A stretch of 62,533 nucleotides of DNA, filler included, from Choristocarpus tenellus KU-1152 (lineage: Eukaryota; Protista; Phaeophyceae), in assembly GCA_964200185.2 (NCBI GenBank). It is 5 parts of 5 records of this genome, joined end to end, with 100 filler letters (N's around TTAATTAATTAA, not from the genome) between each part and the next. Parts side by side here need not be neighbours in the genome. Positions count along the whole stretch, not along the records: positions 19,374 to 41,326 come from CAXNAD020000314.1; positions 41,427 to 45,739 come from CAXNAD020015161.1; positions 45,840 to 58,569 come from CAXNAD020001726.1; 2 more parts are not named here. One strand, written 5' to 3'. Shown here in pieces: positions 40,161-52,600 of this stretch. The notes beneath the pieces are model-generated. The model made no database searches. It was given only the letters and a program-made list of their open reading frames with translations, and was not told where the DNA came from. A program made the translations under genes and the position numbers. The stretch's first letter is position 1. Every line of letters starts with the position of its first letter.

Positions 40161-40417
40161 GAGTCAAAGTATCTTAGGGAGTAGAGCTGCGTCCATTTGG
40201 GGGCCAAGATCCAACTTGCGATTTCCATGTAATTTTATCCGTCGTATTTGTTAGGAAGTGTCAAAATCCTTGTTCCGGACGCACCTTTTCATAAGGTATA
40301 CATTTTACCTTCTCCGAAATATTTTGGAGTAGGAAAATGTCATAAAAACCCCGAGGGAAGCCAAGCCCCAAATCGACAAGCGGGGAAAAATACGTACCCT
40401 CTGAGATACTTTCACTC
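40161..40417. mobile_element. MITE family B, full copy (257 bp)
   Basis: TIRs GAGTCAAAGTATCTTAGGG / CCCTCTGAGATACTTTCACTC, flanked by TGA on both sides. The interior matches 59034-59283 and 61100-61358. Confidence 0.85.
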
Positions 40418-40974
40418 TGAGATAGATCGCGCAGGGAGAGCAGTTGGAATTATTAGGTTTCTTCTCTGAGTAAATCAAACCCAAATCCTGCAAATTACAT
40501 GCTGGAGGTCATATTACACTAATTTGTTTGTCTTTATGTACTAGTTGCATGAAACATGAGGTTGCTGGTATATAATTACTGCAGCTAGCTCTGGTGCTCA
40601 AGTTCCACAGACCAAGGTAAAAACCCTTCCAGTCTCCACTAGTACTCCAATTGTCGTGTTGTCAAGAGTAAGAACTTGCCCACAACTCCAACGACCAAGC
40701 ACTGCACAATGTAGTCCATCAGTGTTTGCAATGAGATGCGTTTTGATGTTCAGAAGGGGTAGATGTTACCAATAAGAAACCAGAGACCGATTCAACATTA
40801 CGAGCAGCTATTAGGACAGAGTGGGAGCAAGAATGGGAGCACCAGCTCCACTTAGTGTTTTTTTATGATATGAGCAGTGCTCCTATCGTGCAGGTGTTGC
40901 TCACAGTAGTGCTTCTCCTGTAGTACTTTAGATCATAAGATCAATAGTGGACACAATTCCAACAAGTTCTGCCA

Positions 40975-41326
40975 TCATGATGGTGAAGACTCTGGGGCTT
41001 CCATTCCACCCTCCACAACCCTCAGCAGCTGAGATGGACACATTGGGTCTGTGGACATGTGACGGGTGCAAAAGCCTGCTACAGCATCCGCAGGAGAATC
41101 CCCCTGCTGGACAACTAATAAATGCTGAGTCCCATCCACTGTGATGGGCATGGAGAAGACGATAGACCTGTCAGCCCTGTGCATACTTTTATCACTGTCT
41201 CTCATAATCCCTTCTACATCCTGAGATGAATTGGTTGTGCCCTCATCTACAGCAATGTCCACTCTCCCTTCTCCCCACCCTCCCCCCTTCTCACTCCCTC
41301 CCCCCATCACCAGTAGCAGCTCTTCC
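40975..41326 (-). CDS. 3'-terminal exon of an uncharacterised protein (truncated by gap)
   Basis: The frame is open from the gap to a TGA stop and ends in VFSMPITVDGTQHLLVVQQGDSPADAVAGFCTRH...CPSQL, a small module of a type I recall recurring in stramenopile proteins. Function unknown. Confidence 0.55.
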
Positions 41327-41426
41327 NNNNNNNNNNNNNNNNNNNNNNNNNNNNNNNNNNNNNNNNNNNNTTAATTAATTAANNNNNNNNNNNNNNNNNN
41401 NNNNNNNNNNNNNNNNNNNNNNNNNN
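41327..41426. other. Assembly gap with artificial spacer
   Basis: N44-TTAATTAATTAA-N44. Confidence 0.97.
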
Positions 41427-41496
41427 ACTAATTTTTGAAAGTTTTGGTTTTGTTTCAAAAGGTGTATGGAAAGTTTTCTGAATTGGGAGAAAGGAG

Positions 41497-41616
41497 CGGG
41501 GGGGGGGGGGTGGTTTCGGAGGGGGCGTCCGTTTTGGACCCGATAAGTTGCTCAGAAATTATGGCAATTGCTACCTTCAGTCGTGGACCACCCACCCCTC
41601 CCAGATACTTTGACCC
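41497..41616. mobile_element. MITE family A-related copy or right end
   Basis: Ends in CCACCCACCCCTCCCAGATACTTTGACCC, the family A TIR. The left part is low quality next to the gap. Confidence 0.55.
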
Positions 41617-42159
41617 AGTCTCCGTCCTTTTTGATGTATTTTGGAATAAAATACCTTTAGGACCTGCTCTTGGCGGTTGAGTGGGAGTAGACTACGTGAT
41701 TATGACTCAGGGAAGTTGCCGTTGGGTTCAAAGGTTGGAGCTGGGATGTTTGCCACCGTTTGAATTGGGTGTGGAAGAGGGGTCATCTGTAGAGAAAATT
41801 TCGACTTGTGCTGTAGATGGTGGTACGGAGTACCGGATGCATCTGTGTCAACGTTATTTTAGCAAGGTTTCTGTCAATTGCTCTGTGGTCCGGTCAACGC
41901 AAAGAGGTTAGGAAAAAGGATTGGGGCATGGCAGTAAAATTATTAGAGGATAGTGGCAGAACGCGCTAATCGAGATGAAATCTAGGTTGTCACCGGGTCA
42001 ATAAAAGCATGTGTATGAGGACACTTAGACACAAACTCTTCAGGAAGATATTAAAATCAATGTACCAAATGTATAAGTCCGTTGATTTAGAGAACGTCCG
42101 ACCTCTCCAGTACAATATGCCTGTCGAGGCATATGTGTGATTGGTGAAGTAGAGGGTGA

Positions 42160-45100
42160 CTCACGAACAGGAATTTGCCTAGGTTGCTCCTCAAACTCTT
42201 GTCTCTCGTCAGTATGGGGACAGAGTGGGACTTGTCCAGAACCAGACCCGTGTAGGAGCGTCTTGGTCTATAGTGTAGCGTTCGACAAGAAGCTGGATAT
42301 TTCGCAAGTCACCATTCTCCCAACCGTAAGGGTAGCTGACTCGTTCATCTCCAACTTTCACCGTGTAGTGGGACTGGTACTTGGTCACGGTCCCTCGCAT
42401 CCACTGATCGTCCCATCTGAAGTATAGTCCCCTGCCCTTGGCACCAGCATTGAGAGTTTCTCCCTCATCTAAATCCGGCACAGGCCTCAGTGTCGGTTCA
42501 AGGAGTATATATTTCTCCGTATCCTTCTCCATGTCAATACGCTTCCGCTGGCGACCAACCATCGAGTGGCAGCGTTGTCTGGCACGCTGGGCTGCGGCCT
42601 CGACACTGTCCCTCTCGTTTTTCTTTCCCGAATTTGGTCGACACCCTCCTCTATCTCGTCCTCTGTCATGCACGACCTCAGATGAGGGGGCAAAGATTAT
42701 TCGTCATTTCCGGAAGGTAGGACACTGAGCAAATGTACGCCCCTGAACTGTCCACGTAAACATCTCTGACCTTCCCCTGTACGATAGACCCCCCATTCGT
42801 GCATAGGATAAAGCTGGTTCCTCGGCCGAACCTGCCGTCGGATATGTGTCCCCATGTCTGAGTTGCCTGGAGAAACGAGCAGGTACCCCACCGAGGGATT
42901 GCCGGTTGGATTCTGAGGTGAACCTCTGGTATTGACCAGGCAGCATATGTTGTCCAGGTGGTTGTGATGGGTGTCTGTGAAGTCTGGGACGATGATGGCC
43001 TGAAGGGGCATGACGCGGGAACCCGGTTGTGCGTCCTGTATCACCACAAAGATGTTCGTTGCAAGGACTTGTGTTGGTGTGTTGGACTATCGGCACGTGT
43101 TTGCGCGTGGTGGCCTTGTTTGGTTGTATAGGGGTGTTGTTTGTTTTGGTTTTGAGAAATGGAGAGTTTTATGTTAAGTAGGATAGAGGATACTCTTAGA
43201 CAGCGATATTAAGGAATGGGAAACACTTATTTGCACTATGGAACTTGTAAAATATTATGTGAAAGTTGACAATTGCGGTTGTAGAGTTGGAGAAAAAAAT
43301 AACACTGGTTTGGATGTCAGGGTTGGACGTTATGGGAGGAATTTATTTGGATATGAGGGAATAGCAGGGGATATGCAACATCTGTATATAGACAGTGCGG
43401 ATTCATTCGTGTGGAGCATTATTCTCTTAGTAACAATAAGAAGCGTTTCTCACCTTGTCCGTCCGTGATGTGCTAATAGTTCGCACTCCATTAACAAAGC
43501 TAGCGCTCAGCACCTCAAAGTCTTCAGTGACAAAGACGACCTCACCTCCAGCACTGAACATCCCTCCGTAGCTGTAGTGGTGCCTAGCATTCCATTGAAT
43601 CGTGTCCTTGTGGTGGATAGTGAACGGCAAGAACTCTATACCATTGTACTCCGATGGCTGCGTCTGCACAATGCATATGTTCCCCTCAGCGAGCTGTCTC
43701 TTCTTCCTTGACAGCTGGCTTCTCATATGCATATCGCCCATTCCTGTTTCTGTTGAAAATCCGAGGTCTATCTCCTTAAGCAGGTCACGTGGGTTAGTTG
43801 CCACCTGTATTGGGCCAGGTTGCTGACGGAACAGTTCGTGCAGTCGCACGACAGTTCGGTGTATATCAATGTACGGGAGTCTCTGGTGGTGAGCTGACCA
43901 GTGAAGGACCTGTGCATGGAATTGATGCCATTGAGGTTTGGGACACGTGGGTCGTGTTGTCCTGTGGGGTCGATCTTGTAAGCTGGAATGTGGATTGTCT
44001 TCTGTGTTCGGAACGTGTCGATGTATAGAAGTTTCGTAGACGTGTTACTGTGCGGTCTGTCGTCCCTATCCGTCCAATCCTAAGGGGTGTGGTGATTGTG
44101 CGTATATGGGGAGAGGTGGTTCGTGTTGGAGTCAATGTTGGTACTGAGGCGGGGCCCTTTGACCGAATCGATGTTATGGCATTTTCTTTGGGATGATATG
44201 TGCTACCTATTCCTGGAACAAATGTTTGGTAAATGACAGATATCAATATGTGGTGAAAACTGAAACTTGGAGTGTTGGGTTAGTTTGACACTTGGCAGAC
44301 TTCTGAAACATAGAGGGTGAGATGATTGTAAGTGTGCATGGACGGTGTGCGGTCTATTAAGATTTGCGTATGTGCGATTATCATGTCGTGTGTGGTGTCC
44401 ACGTGAAGGGAAGGCATGGATGTGACATAATGGGTCAACAATATCTATTGCGTGTTTAGTGTATGTGTTAGCAAGGGGCGGGAGGGGGCAGTCTGTCGCC
44501 AGTGGAAAATAGGGGCCGATTATTGTGAGTGGAGGGAACTATGCATATAGTACATGTGCTATCCGTTCCTGCAACAAGCGATGGGTACATGGCCGACATT
44601 GATACGGGAAAGAAAAAAATAACTTCGAGTTTTGCGCGAGTTTTCCGATTGGCAGACGTATTCAAAATAGAGGGAGATGATTGCAAGTGCGCATGGATGG
44701 TGTGCGGTCGATTGAGAAGTGCGTATGTGCGGTTAGCACGTCATGCGTGGTATCGGCAAGAAGGGTGGGCACGGATATGACATAATGGGTCAACGGTATC
44801 TATTGCGTGTTTAGTGTATGGGTTGGCAAGGGGCGGGAGAGGGTCTGTCGCCAGTGGCAAATAGAGGCTGATTATTGTGAGTAGGGGGGACCATGCACGT
44901 CGTATATGTGCTACCTGTTCCTGTAACAACTGTTTGGTAAATGACAGACGTAAAAATGGGAGAAGAAAACGATAACTTAGAGGTTGGGTTAGTTTGTCGA
45001 TTGGCAGGCTTATGCAAAATAGAGGATGATGGTTGCAAGTGTGCACGAACGGTGTGCGGTCGATTGACAAGTGCGTATGTGTGATTAACATGTCACGTGT

Positions 45101-45739
45101 GGTTTCGACATGAAGGGAAGGCACGGATGTGACACAATATGCAACGATTTCTATGGCTCGTTTAGTGCATTGGTGGACAAGGTCCGTACGGGTTAGGGTT
45201 GTCGCCAGTAGCAAACAGAGACCGATTATTGTGAGTGGGTGGGGCATGCGTGTAATATATGTGCTACCTATTCCTGTAGGGTTAGGGTTAGGTACATGGC
45301 AGACGTTGATACTGGAAAAGAAAGGAAATAATTACTTCGAATTTTGTGCGAGTTTGCCGGTTGGCAGACTTACGCAAAATAGGTGGCAATGGTTGTAAGT
45401 GTGCACAGACTGTCCGTGCGGTCAATTGAGAAGTGCATACGTGTTATTTTGACGCTGCGCGTTGTTGCTCCAGCTCGTCATGCTGACACTCTTGCAACAT
45501 CGTGGGTGTGGTTTCGCACAGAAACTTACAGGAAGGTCATGAAATCAGCAACACTTTCGAGTGCTGCCTCCACTTTTTCAGAGCCGCATCCTTTGCCCTT
45601 GTCGCAGAATGCGCATGTGCATGTGCATGTGCATGTGCAAGTCCGCTGTCCATTGTCACCAATGATCGTCCTCGCATGTATTTTCTTCCAGTTCTCTCTT
45701 AGGCACTGAACCTGAATGTCGGTGGTCATGTGGTGAATG
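42160..45739 (-). mobile_element. Degenerate intron-containing DNA transposon, Sola2-like transposase fragments
   Basis: Exon 45711-45530 (CTCAFC...LESVADFMTF) resembles the Cys-rich N-terminal region. Exon 44079-43454 has NLNGINSMHRSF...RDSRTLIYTELSCDCTNC and, after a frameshift, QLAEGNICIVQTQPSEYNGIEFL...GGMFSAGGEVV. This fits the G..H..LSCxCxxC C-terminal region I recall from HGKG-xx-DG (Sola2-type) transposases. A downstream exon near 43114-42209 has an internal TGA. No catalytic core or TIRs were seen. Confidence 0.5.
44196..45445. repeat. ~353-bp tandem repeat, ~3.5 copies, alternating A/B variants
   Basis: The unit start A(T/C)ATGTGCTA(C/T)C occurs at 44196, 44552, 44904 and 45257 (spacings 356, 352, 353). 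Confidence 0.92.
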
Positions 45740-45839
45740 NNNNNNNNNNNNNNNNNNNNNNNNNNNNNNNNNNNNNNNNNNNNTTAATTAATTAANNNNN
45801 NNNNNNNNNNNNNNNNNNNNNNNNNNNNNNNNNNNNNNN
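45740..45839. other. Assembly gap with artificial spacer
   Basis: N44-TTAATTAATTAA-N44. Confidence 0.97.
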
Positions 45840-46676
45840 CCCTCTGTCGGGTGGATAATGTAAAAGCACCCCCCCCCCTTTTTGTCCAAAAAGACACAGT
45901 TGTGTAGCCCCCCCCCCCCCCCCCCTTCCCCATATACTTTGGGTCAAACCACTCTTACCCTACCCCTTCGGATATTTCAAAGACGTGTGTGTATAATCGC
46001 CTGAGCAATGCAAAGTCCCCACCTACAGCCAAATCATATACTTCAATTCAAACAACCGAACCAAGTTGGACCTGGCGAACAAACTATGCAAATCATTTCA
46101 GCATTAGCACTTCTTACATATTTTTATCAGTGATGGGAATTAGTGTCTCTCAACCAAAACCTTTGCCCTCTAAGACATCGATACACTGCCCCTGCATCTT
46201 AAAAACTTATCAATCACTCCAAGATATCCCTAGCACCTGACCCTCCCACAGAGTTATCACACGAGGTGCAAGCATTTCCACACACTGCAAAATAAACTTT
46301 TGCTATACCCCACAAACCTCTCACACAATAAAATCCATGTACACGCAAGTGTTTTGACCTGTTTCCATCATCCAACTCTATTCCTTTGCACACATCTCAA
46401 ACGATTCAAACCAACCTATTTATCCACACACCACTATTACTACAGAGTTGAGACGTGGGAAAGATCAAATAAAAGCTGGTAGTACGGAGATTCGCATCAT
46501 GTCACGTACACCATCATCTATCCATTTCAAGAACAACCCTTTGTTGTGTTCCTCCCAACAAGAAAATCATAACAACCCAGTGATCGACAATAGCATTTAT
46601 AAAAATGTCGACTAGCAACAACAGTTTCAACATATTACTGCCAACCATCATTTTCTATGTTTCAAAAAATACTCAC

Positions 46677-49600
46677 CGATCAGTTGGTTAGAATTGAGTC
46701 GCAACTCTGTTAAGAGCCCAAGCTTGCCAAGTTCTGAGGGGATCCAACCTGTTCAGCAACAGCATATTTTGTGGAGTGGACCTTCTTTAGTATACAAGCA
46801 GCAAGTTGTGTTTGGACACATAGCCGGCATTCAAACTATTCAACTGCCTCGACACATACCACGTACGCGTATAAAAGTGTATATGTCGCTAATTTCGGAG
46901 GTTATGGAACCAAACACTTCCACAACTCAAGTTTTCACTCATCACCCACTTCTTTAACAATTCACATCATTTCTCTATGCAAAACCTACCATTACCTCAG
47001 ACGTTAAAACATGTATTTTCGCCTTAGTGTGACCGGGTTAGACAAGAGTTGTCTGAGAGTCCATTAGTACAAATTATGCACTAAACCGTACTCCTCCCAA
47101 CCAGAACTCACCACCACTCTCACCATAAACCAAGAATTGCATCAAGCTTGACCCTGGACAGATAGAATAACGGTAGAAAACTTACCAGCCCATCACAACA
47201 CATACACGAGGTTGGTAAAGGCACAGCACAGGAGGTATCTACACCTACAATCATCTGCACCTCCATACTACTCCACAACCTCTACTCTAAAGGAAGTACA
47301 GGCTCCTTGATTCGAATGCACATTTTCAACATAAAACAACATGGGTGGATACACGTAGATGGTGGATATCTGCAGCTATCATACCCAGTTCCCCTCCCAT
47401 GATGCCACCCTCCGTTCCGTAAGTTGTTTAAACATCACTGAGGGGAATTGTGATTGGCTGAGTATGTTATCAGGTTTGATACTGCCTCGTAGAGTACCTG
47501 ACCTGTTATACTTCTAGATCTCACATTCGAATTCCCTCGTGACCGTGGGACAACATCACACACAAATCTCACTCATAAACTTGTACGATTTAGCACTATC
47601 AACTGATACACAGGTAGGCACAGCGCCATCCTGTGGTTTTCCACATGCTACACTGCCCAGAAACTATATGGCCGCTTTGTGGCAGATGTACTCCATCTCT
47701 TTTGCCCCAAGTACAGTCCCCATTGATTTATCAACGTACACAACCCACATGGTTTCCTTCAGGCTCTGGTTGTTGGAGCACATTGGCTACTATGTAACCG
47801 AGCTCACCATCTTTACTTCCCATGGCCGTCACTTCCTGCTACCAATTGACGTCATCGCACCCTGCAGTATCCAATACTAAATCGACAGTAGGCTATTGTG
47901 GTTGTTGCAAATGAGCCACAGCAGAACTCCACTACATAATCGCTAGTCAAGGTTGTCCAAACGTGCTTGTCTTAGTGCATGTGATTCTAGAGTCGGGTGC
48001 AACTGTGACAAAGCATAGAAAATACCTTGCAACCAGGTATGCCCGGACCGAGGACTCAGATGAGTGTTGTAAGAGACACATAGGACAGGAGAAAAACCTT
48101 CTTCGCCACACTCAAACCTCTCGCATATAAGCGTGCAAAAGCAGCAACACAAATTTGGAACCCAGACAGAACTCCGACCTCAGTCGATTCTTCCTGCACC
48201 TCAAATTAGAGACGTATAACACGCTTTGGAAGTTCTGATCGAGGAACGGACTAAGACTGGCGTGCCAACCTACATACTAAGCGATAACCTTGCCTTGTCC
48301 ACCTTGACAGCAAGAAGTAGATTGCCTTTGTACAACTGTCAACAAACTCACTCCATGTAACGTCGTGTCAAGGCTAACCTCATCATCGCATTGGGAATAA
48401 TCACAACCAACAGAGGGGCAAATATTGCCAACTCACTAAGGGACCTTGGTCGTGTAAGATATCACCAATACACTTTCGTCTGCTTATTGTGTGTGATAGG
48501 AACAACTCTTGAACGATCATGGTAAGTAACATCCTTGACGAAATAGAAGGGATCGTACAGATCGCTGTCATGCAATATACACACGAAACATCCATCACAC
48601 TAGCTAGTCGCACATCAATATACAACTTTCACTTTGGAAAAGAACATCTGTCACCTAACGCACGTAGTTCAAACCTTGTCAAGTGCCTCTAAGAGATATG
48701 TGTATCAGCCCCAATCAAAGACATGCATATTTCTGAACTTTTACTGAATATGATGGTGGGAAATTGAAAGGCCTCCTAGATCGCTGCTGTGTATATCTTA
48801 CAAAGAAAACTACACCTACTTATCAGTCAACCAATAAGTCTAAGTTGAACATCAAACTTTTCTTAAAAAGAGACAACAACATTTTATGTAAGTGAGGTAT
48901 GTTATATTGGCTCTAACTTCATTTTTTCTGATTGTAGAATATCCATCAACTCTCAAAAACCACATTCTAACCTAACCTTTAGGAACATAATCAATTTCAC
49001 AATATGCATTACTGTTGTGGTAATATCACAATGGTTCCGTAAAAATGAACATTAAGAAAATTTGTATGAGCACACCATACATCAAAACAGTAGAGTTACA
49101 ACATACAACATTGATGTTTCAGGTCTTAACAATGATGTCGACAGAGGTTGATGAATACACATTCAAGTGCCTGTTCGATGCCATCTAACAATAACGTTAT
49201 TAATGCCTCATACTGTTATGACATGTCTCATTACAATATATGCCTCCTAGGAAACAACCTATCGGTAACAAGGGACAAGCCTCTTGCAAGTTAAATGCCC
49301 AACTTACCTTGAAGGTTGTTATCACTCAAATCAAGCTTGGACACTCTCCCAGTGCCGTCCACCTCGACCCCGTACCATTCTCCAACTGGAGCATCGCTTC
49401 CCCACTTGTAGTCATCAGTCCAAGACGGACCACCTGTAGCCTCATACAGGTTCATGAGCACTTGACGATCAACTACCCCAGGCATGGCAAGCAGTGGCCT
49501 GCCTGAGTCCAGCAAGGCTTTAATAATATCTGCCTTGTTGTCAGACTCAGCGATATCCAGGTCGAGTTCATATGCCATATTGCATAGTTCCCTCAACGAA

Positions 49601-52600
49601 GTGCCAGCTAGCATGTTCTTAACTGCCCAACCCCCCACCTCAGGATATTGCAGTACTGCCTGAACTTCTGATACACAGAAGAGGCCAAGTGTTAGAACAA
49701 GTCGCTCATCCAACATGGAAAGAACCTCCACACTCTCGGGAGGGTAAAGATGAACAGAAGAGATCAAATCGAGTAGGTAAGCTATCGCCTTTTGCCCTTC
49801 AGGTATCACAGCATTTGCGTGGTCGGACCATAGTGGGGATAGCCCTTGAATGATGTTCTTCAGCGGGCCTTGAATTACAAACTTCTTGCCCTTTGCTGGG
49901 GAGTCCACCTTCAAGGAAAGAGTAATTGTCACACAGCAGAGGAAAGAAGGCGCACCAAGCCAATTCAAACCTCCTGTCCAGTCACAATGTTAGTACTACA
50001 GAAAGACCTCTTGAATATATTATTTTGTCATTTTGGTGTTAAATCCTGATCAGACTGCTACCTTGAAGACTCAAGGCGGAGGTCAAAGTTAGTAATTCGT
50101 ACAGCTCATTTGATCAGTATCACCATTGCACCAAAGCAAAGGTACAGGATTGTACCTAGCAACAAATGCAATCCTATGCCCCCTTGTAATTTTTGGGTTC
50201 GGGCAGGGCACAAAGGCGAAGTCAACAATGCCCTAGACTGCACTGAAAATGAGACCTCTTTCCATTATTGCAACAAACCATTTCCCTTTCCCATTCATCA
50301 CACCAAGCCATCATGTTGTCATAATTGCTTGGACATCCCTTGTGGCACGTGGAGTAGAGAGTCACCTTGACTTGCCGGATGTAACCAGCAGCCACAACAA
50401 TAACCCCTGCTCTCATGCGAACCTCGCCCGTGTGGCCTTGAACAAAAGCGTTATTTGCACTTCTGTAAGCATCCATCAGGAATTGCACGTCCCCTTCGCT
50501 GGCATCATAATCATTTAAGCCATTTTGTGCTACCTGTAGGTGGGTATCCTACATGAACATATCATGGTGTCGGGGATGAAGCATCAGGTTTACAGCAGTT
50601 TATCGTCAATATCAAGGTGTGTGAGGTTGAGCTTATTGGCACGGCCTGTGCATTTAATGCCAAACGTCCTTCTCCTCAACATATCAAAGTTTTGAAAAAA
50701 TGAACATTCAAACGTGGATTGTAAAAAATTATGCCTCTTAGAATCATACACATGTAATGCACATGACGTACGAGACTAATATCATGCAGACACTCTTACC
50801 CTCGCTACTTGAAGAGTTGAGAGTGTCTTCTCGGAACAAGTTGCAGATTTTCAATTCAAAGGAAAGAAAAATCACAGAAAAACCTGCACTATACTGTAAG
50901 ACATGACCAAAAGTGAATACAAAATCCGTACGAGAGGTTGGGGGATCGCTTACTCTGGAGAAGTATTGTGATATATTTCCGTACACAATACATGTATCCT
51001 GCATGTTAGCACAAGAAAACACGGTATCCTGGATGCAGTAGGCAGTACCAATGGAGTACTTGTACTTCAAAGCACAGGAGGAAAGTCTGGCTCTACCCGG
51101 TTTGACACCATACAATGATTACAGCATTCTACATATACTTTGGAATCTTGTTTGCACACCCTACGACAACAGAGCGTCGTCGTATCAACAATTGTCACGT
51201 CTCCACTTGATGAAAACTTGATGTATCACTTCTGAACAAAAAAATGCTATTGGAAAGCCCTTTGTGGGGTAGTTTAAGCTCATCAAACTGCATGCACCCT
51301 ACTGCGAGCAGGTATTGATTTTCCCCATGCAACTTCACTTATTGAAAGCAGTATATAGATATTACAAGCAACTGGAAGAGTGACATAGAGACCAAACGCA
51401 GAAACTGAATCACATTAATTTGATCAGTCCACTCATAGACAAGCATCTATCACATTCGAGACCAAATGAATTAACTGACTATTTCATTGAGCATATATGC
51501 ATGCAGTGTTCTGTGTACAAAATCTATCATTGCAGCAGCTCCAGCCAATCAGCAACGCATATTCGCTTTGATTATATTCAGGTGCATTAAAGCATATTCA
51601 AGCCCCTTTTGCCAAGACGTAACAAACCCTTTCGATTCCCAACTACTTTAGCTACGTCCGAGTGTATAATCACACATGTCACAAGTAGCTTACCATATTC
51701 TTCATCCTCAACAAGTTACAAGTTACACCTCGCTATTGTGTGTTTACCACGTGTATATTTTTCAAACGATTGGCCTTTTCATCAGACTTGTCACTTTTGC
51801 GAGGATCGTAATACGGAAAACAGTGTACATGAAAATATGCCAATAGTAACTTCAAACGTTTGTATGGCAGGAGGACAAAATAAGAGGATATTTGTCTGGT
51901 GGTGCCCCCTTGACTTTTTTTCAAGACATGTAAGTATTCCCCTGCTTGCACAGAGCACCCACATTATGCCAGATAATCTCCTCGCAAAGGTTTGGATAAA
52001 CATTTCACAAGACACAATGCCCCCTTCCCAGACCAACCTCTAGTGCAGATTTCCTCAACCTAGTTATGGAGACATCTCACCAGGCAAGCCTCTAGTTGTG
52101 GACAGGACCACCTCATAAAACAACACAATACTTCAGTCGTTCTACCGTCTTCTATATCGATGAGTACACGGTATGGAAATTGAAAAACACACAATTGCAA
52201 CAACAATAACTCTTCTCCAAGATAGTACCATGTTAAAGGAAAGCAATCGCTGGAATGTTGCATGCAAGCACTGCGTACTGAGTCGGGGATGGAAGTACAC
52301 ACCTGTCTTATCTGAAGATCTCCATTCGTGGTGTTCAAACTTCCTACCAACTCCTCTTGGAATATCATGTTCTCCTGGACAGCGGAAATAACACATTGCC
52401 GCACTTCTTTGATTGAAAGCGTCAACGCATCACGCACTTGGTTCGCCACTTTCGTTTCATCGTGCATCTCTAGAAGAACCCCATGGAGTTCCTGATTTAC
52501 CTCGTATGCCTAGCGCAGAGAGGTATAACAGAGGGGAATACAGAGCACCAGTTGTGTCCAAGTCATGCCATCAGAGTCCCATTTCTACACAAATCAAGAG

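Noticed and set aside
44196-45445. CRISPR-like array or coding repeat
   Set aside because: Whole units are homologous with no unique spacers; unit lengths are not consistently multiples of three and no shared ORF is maintained.
50061-50155. Extra exon of the LRR gene (VQSCTFALVQW*Y*SNELYELL...)
   Set aside because: Contains two in-frame TGAs and an incompatible donor phase; the model is in frame without it.
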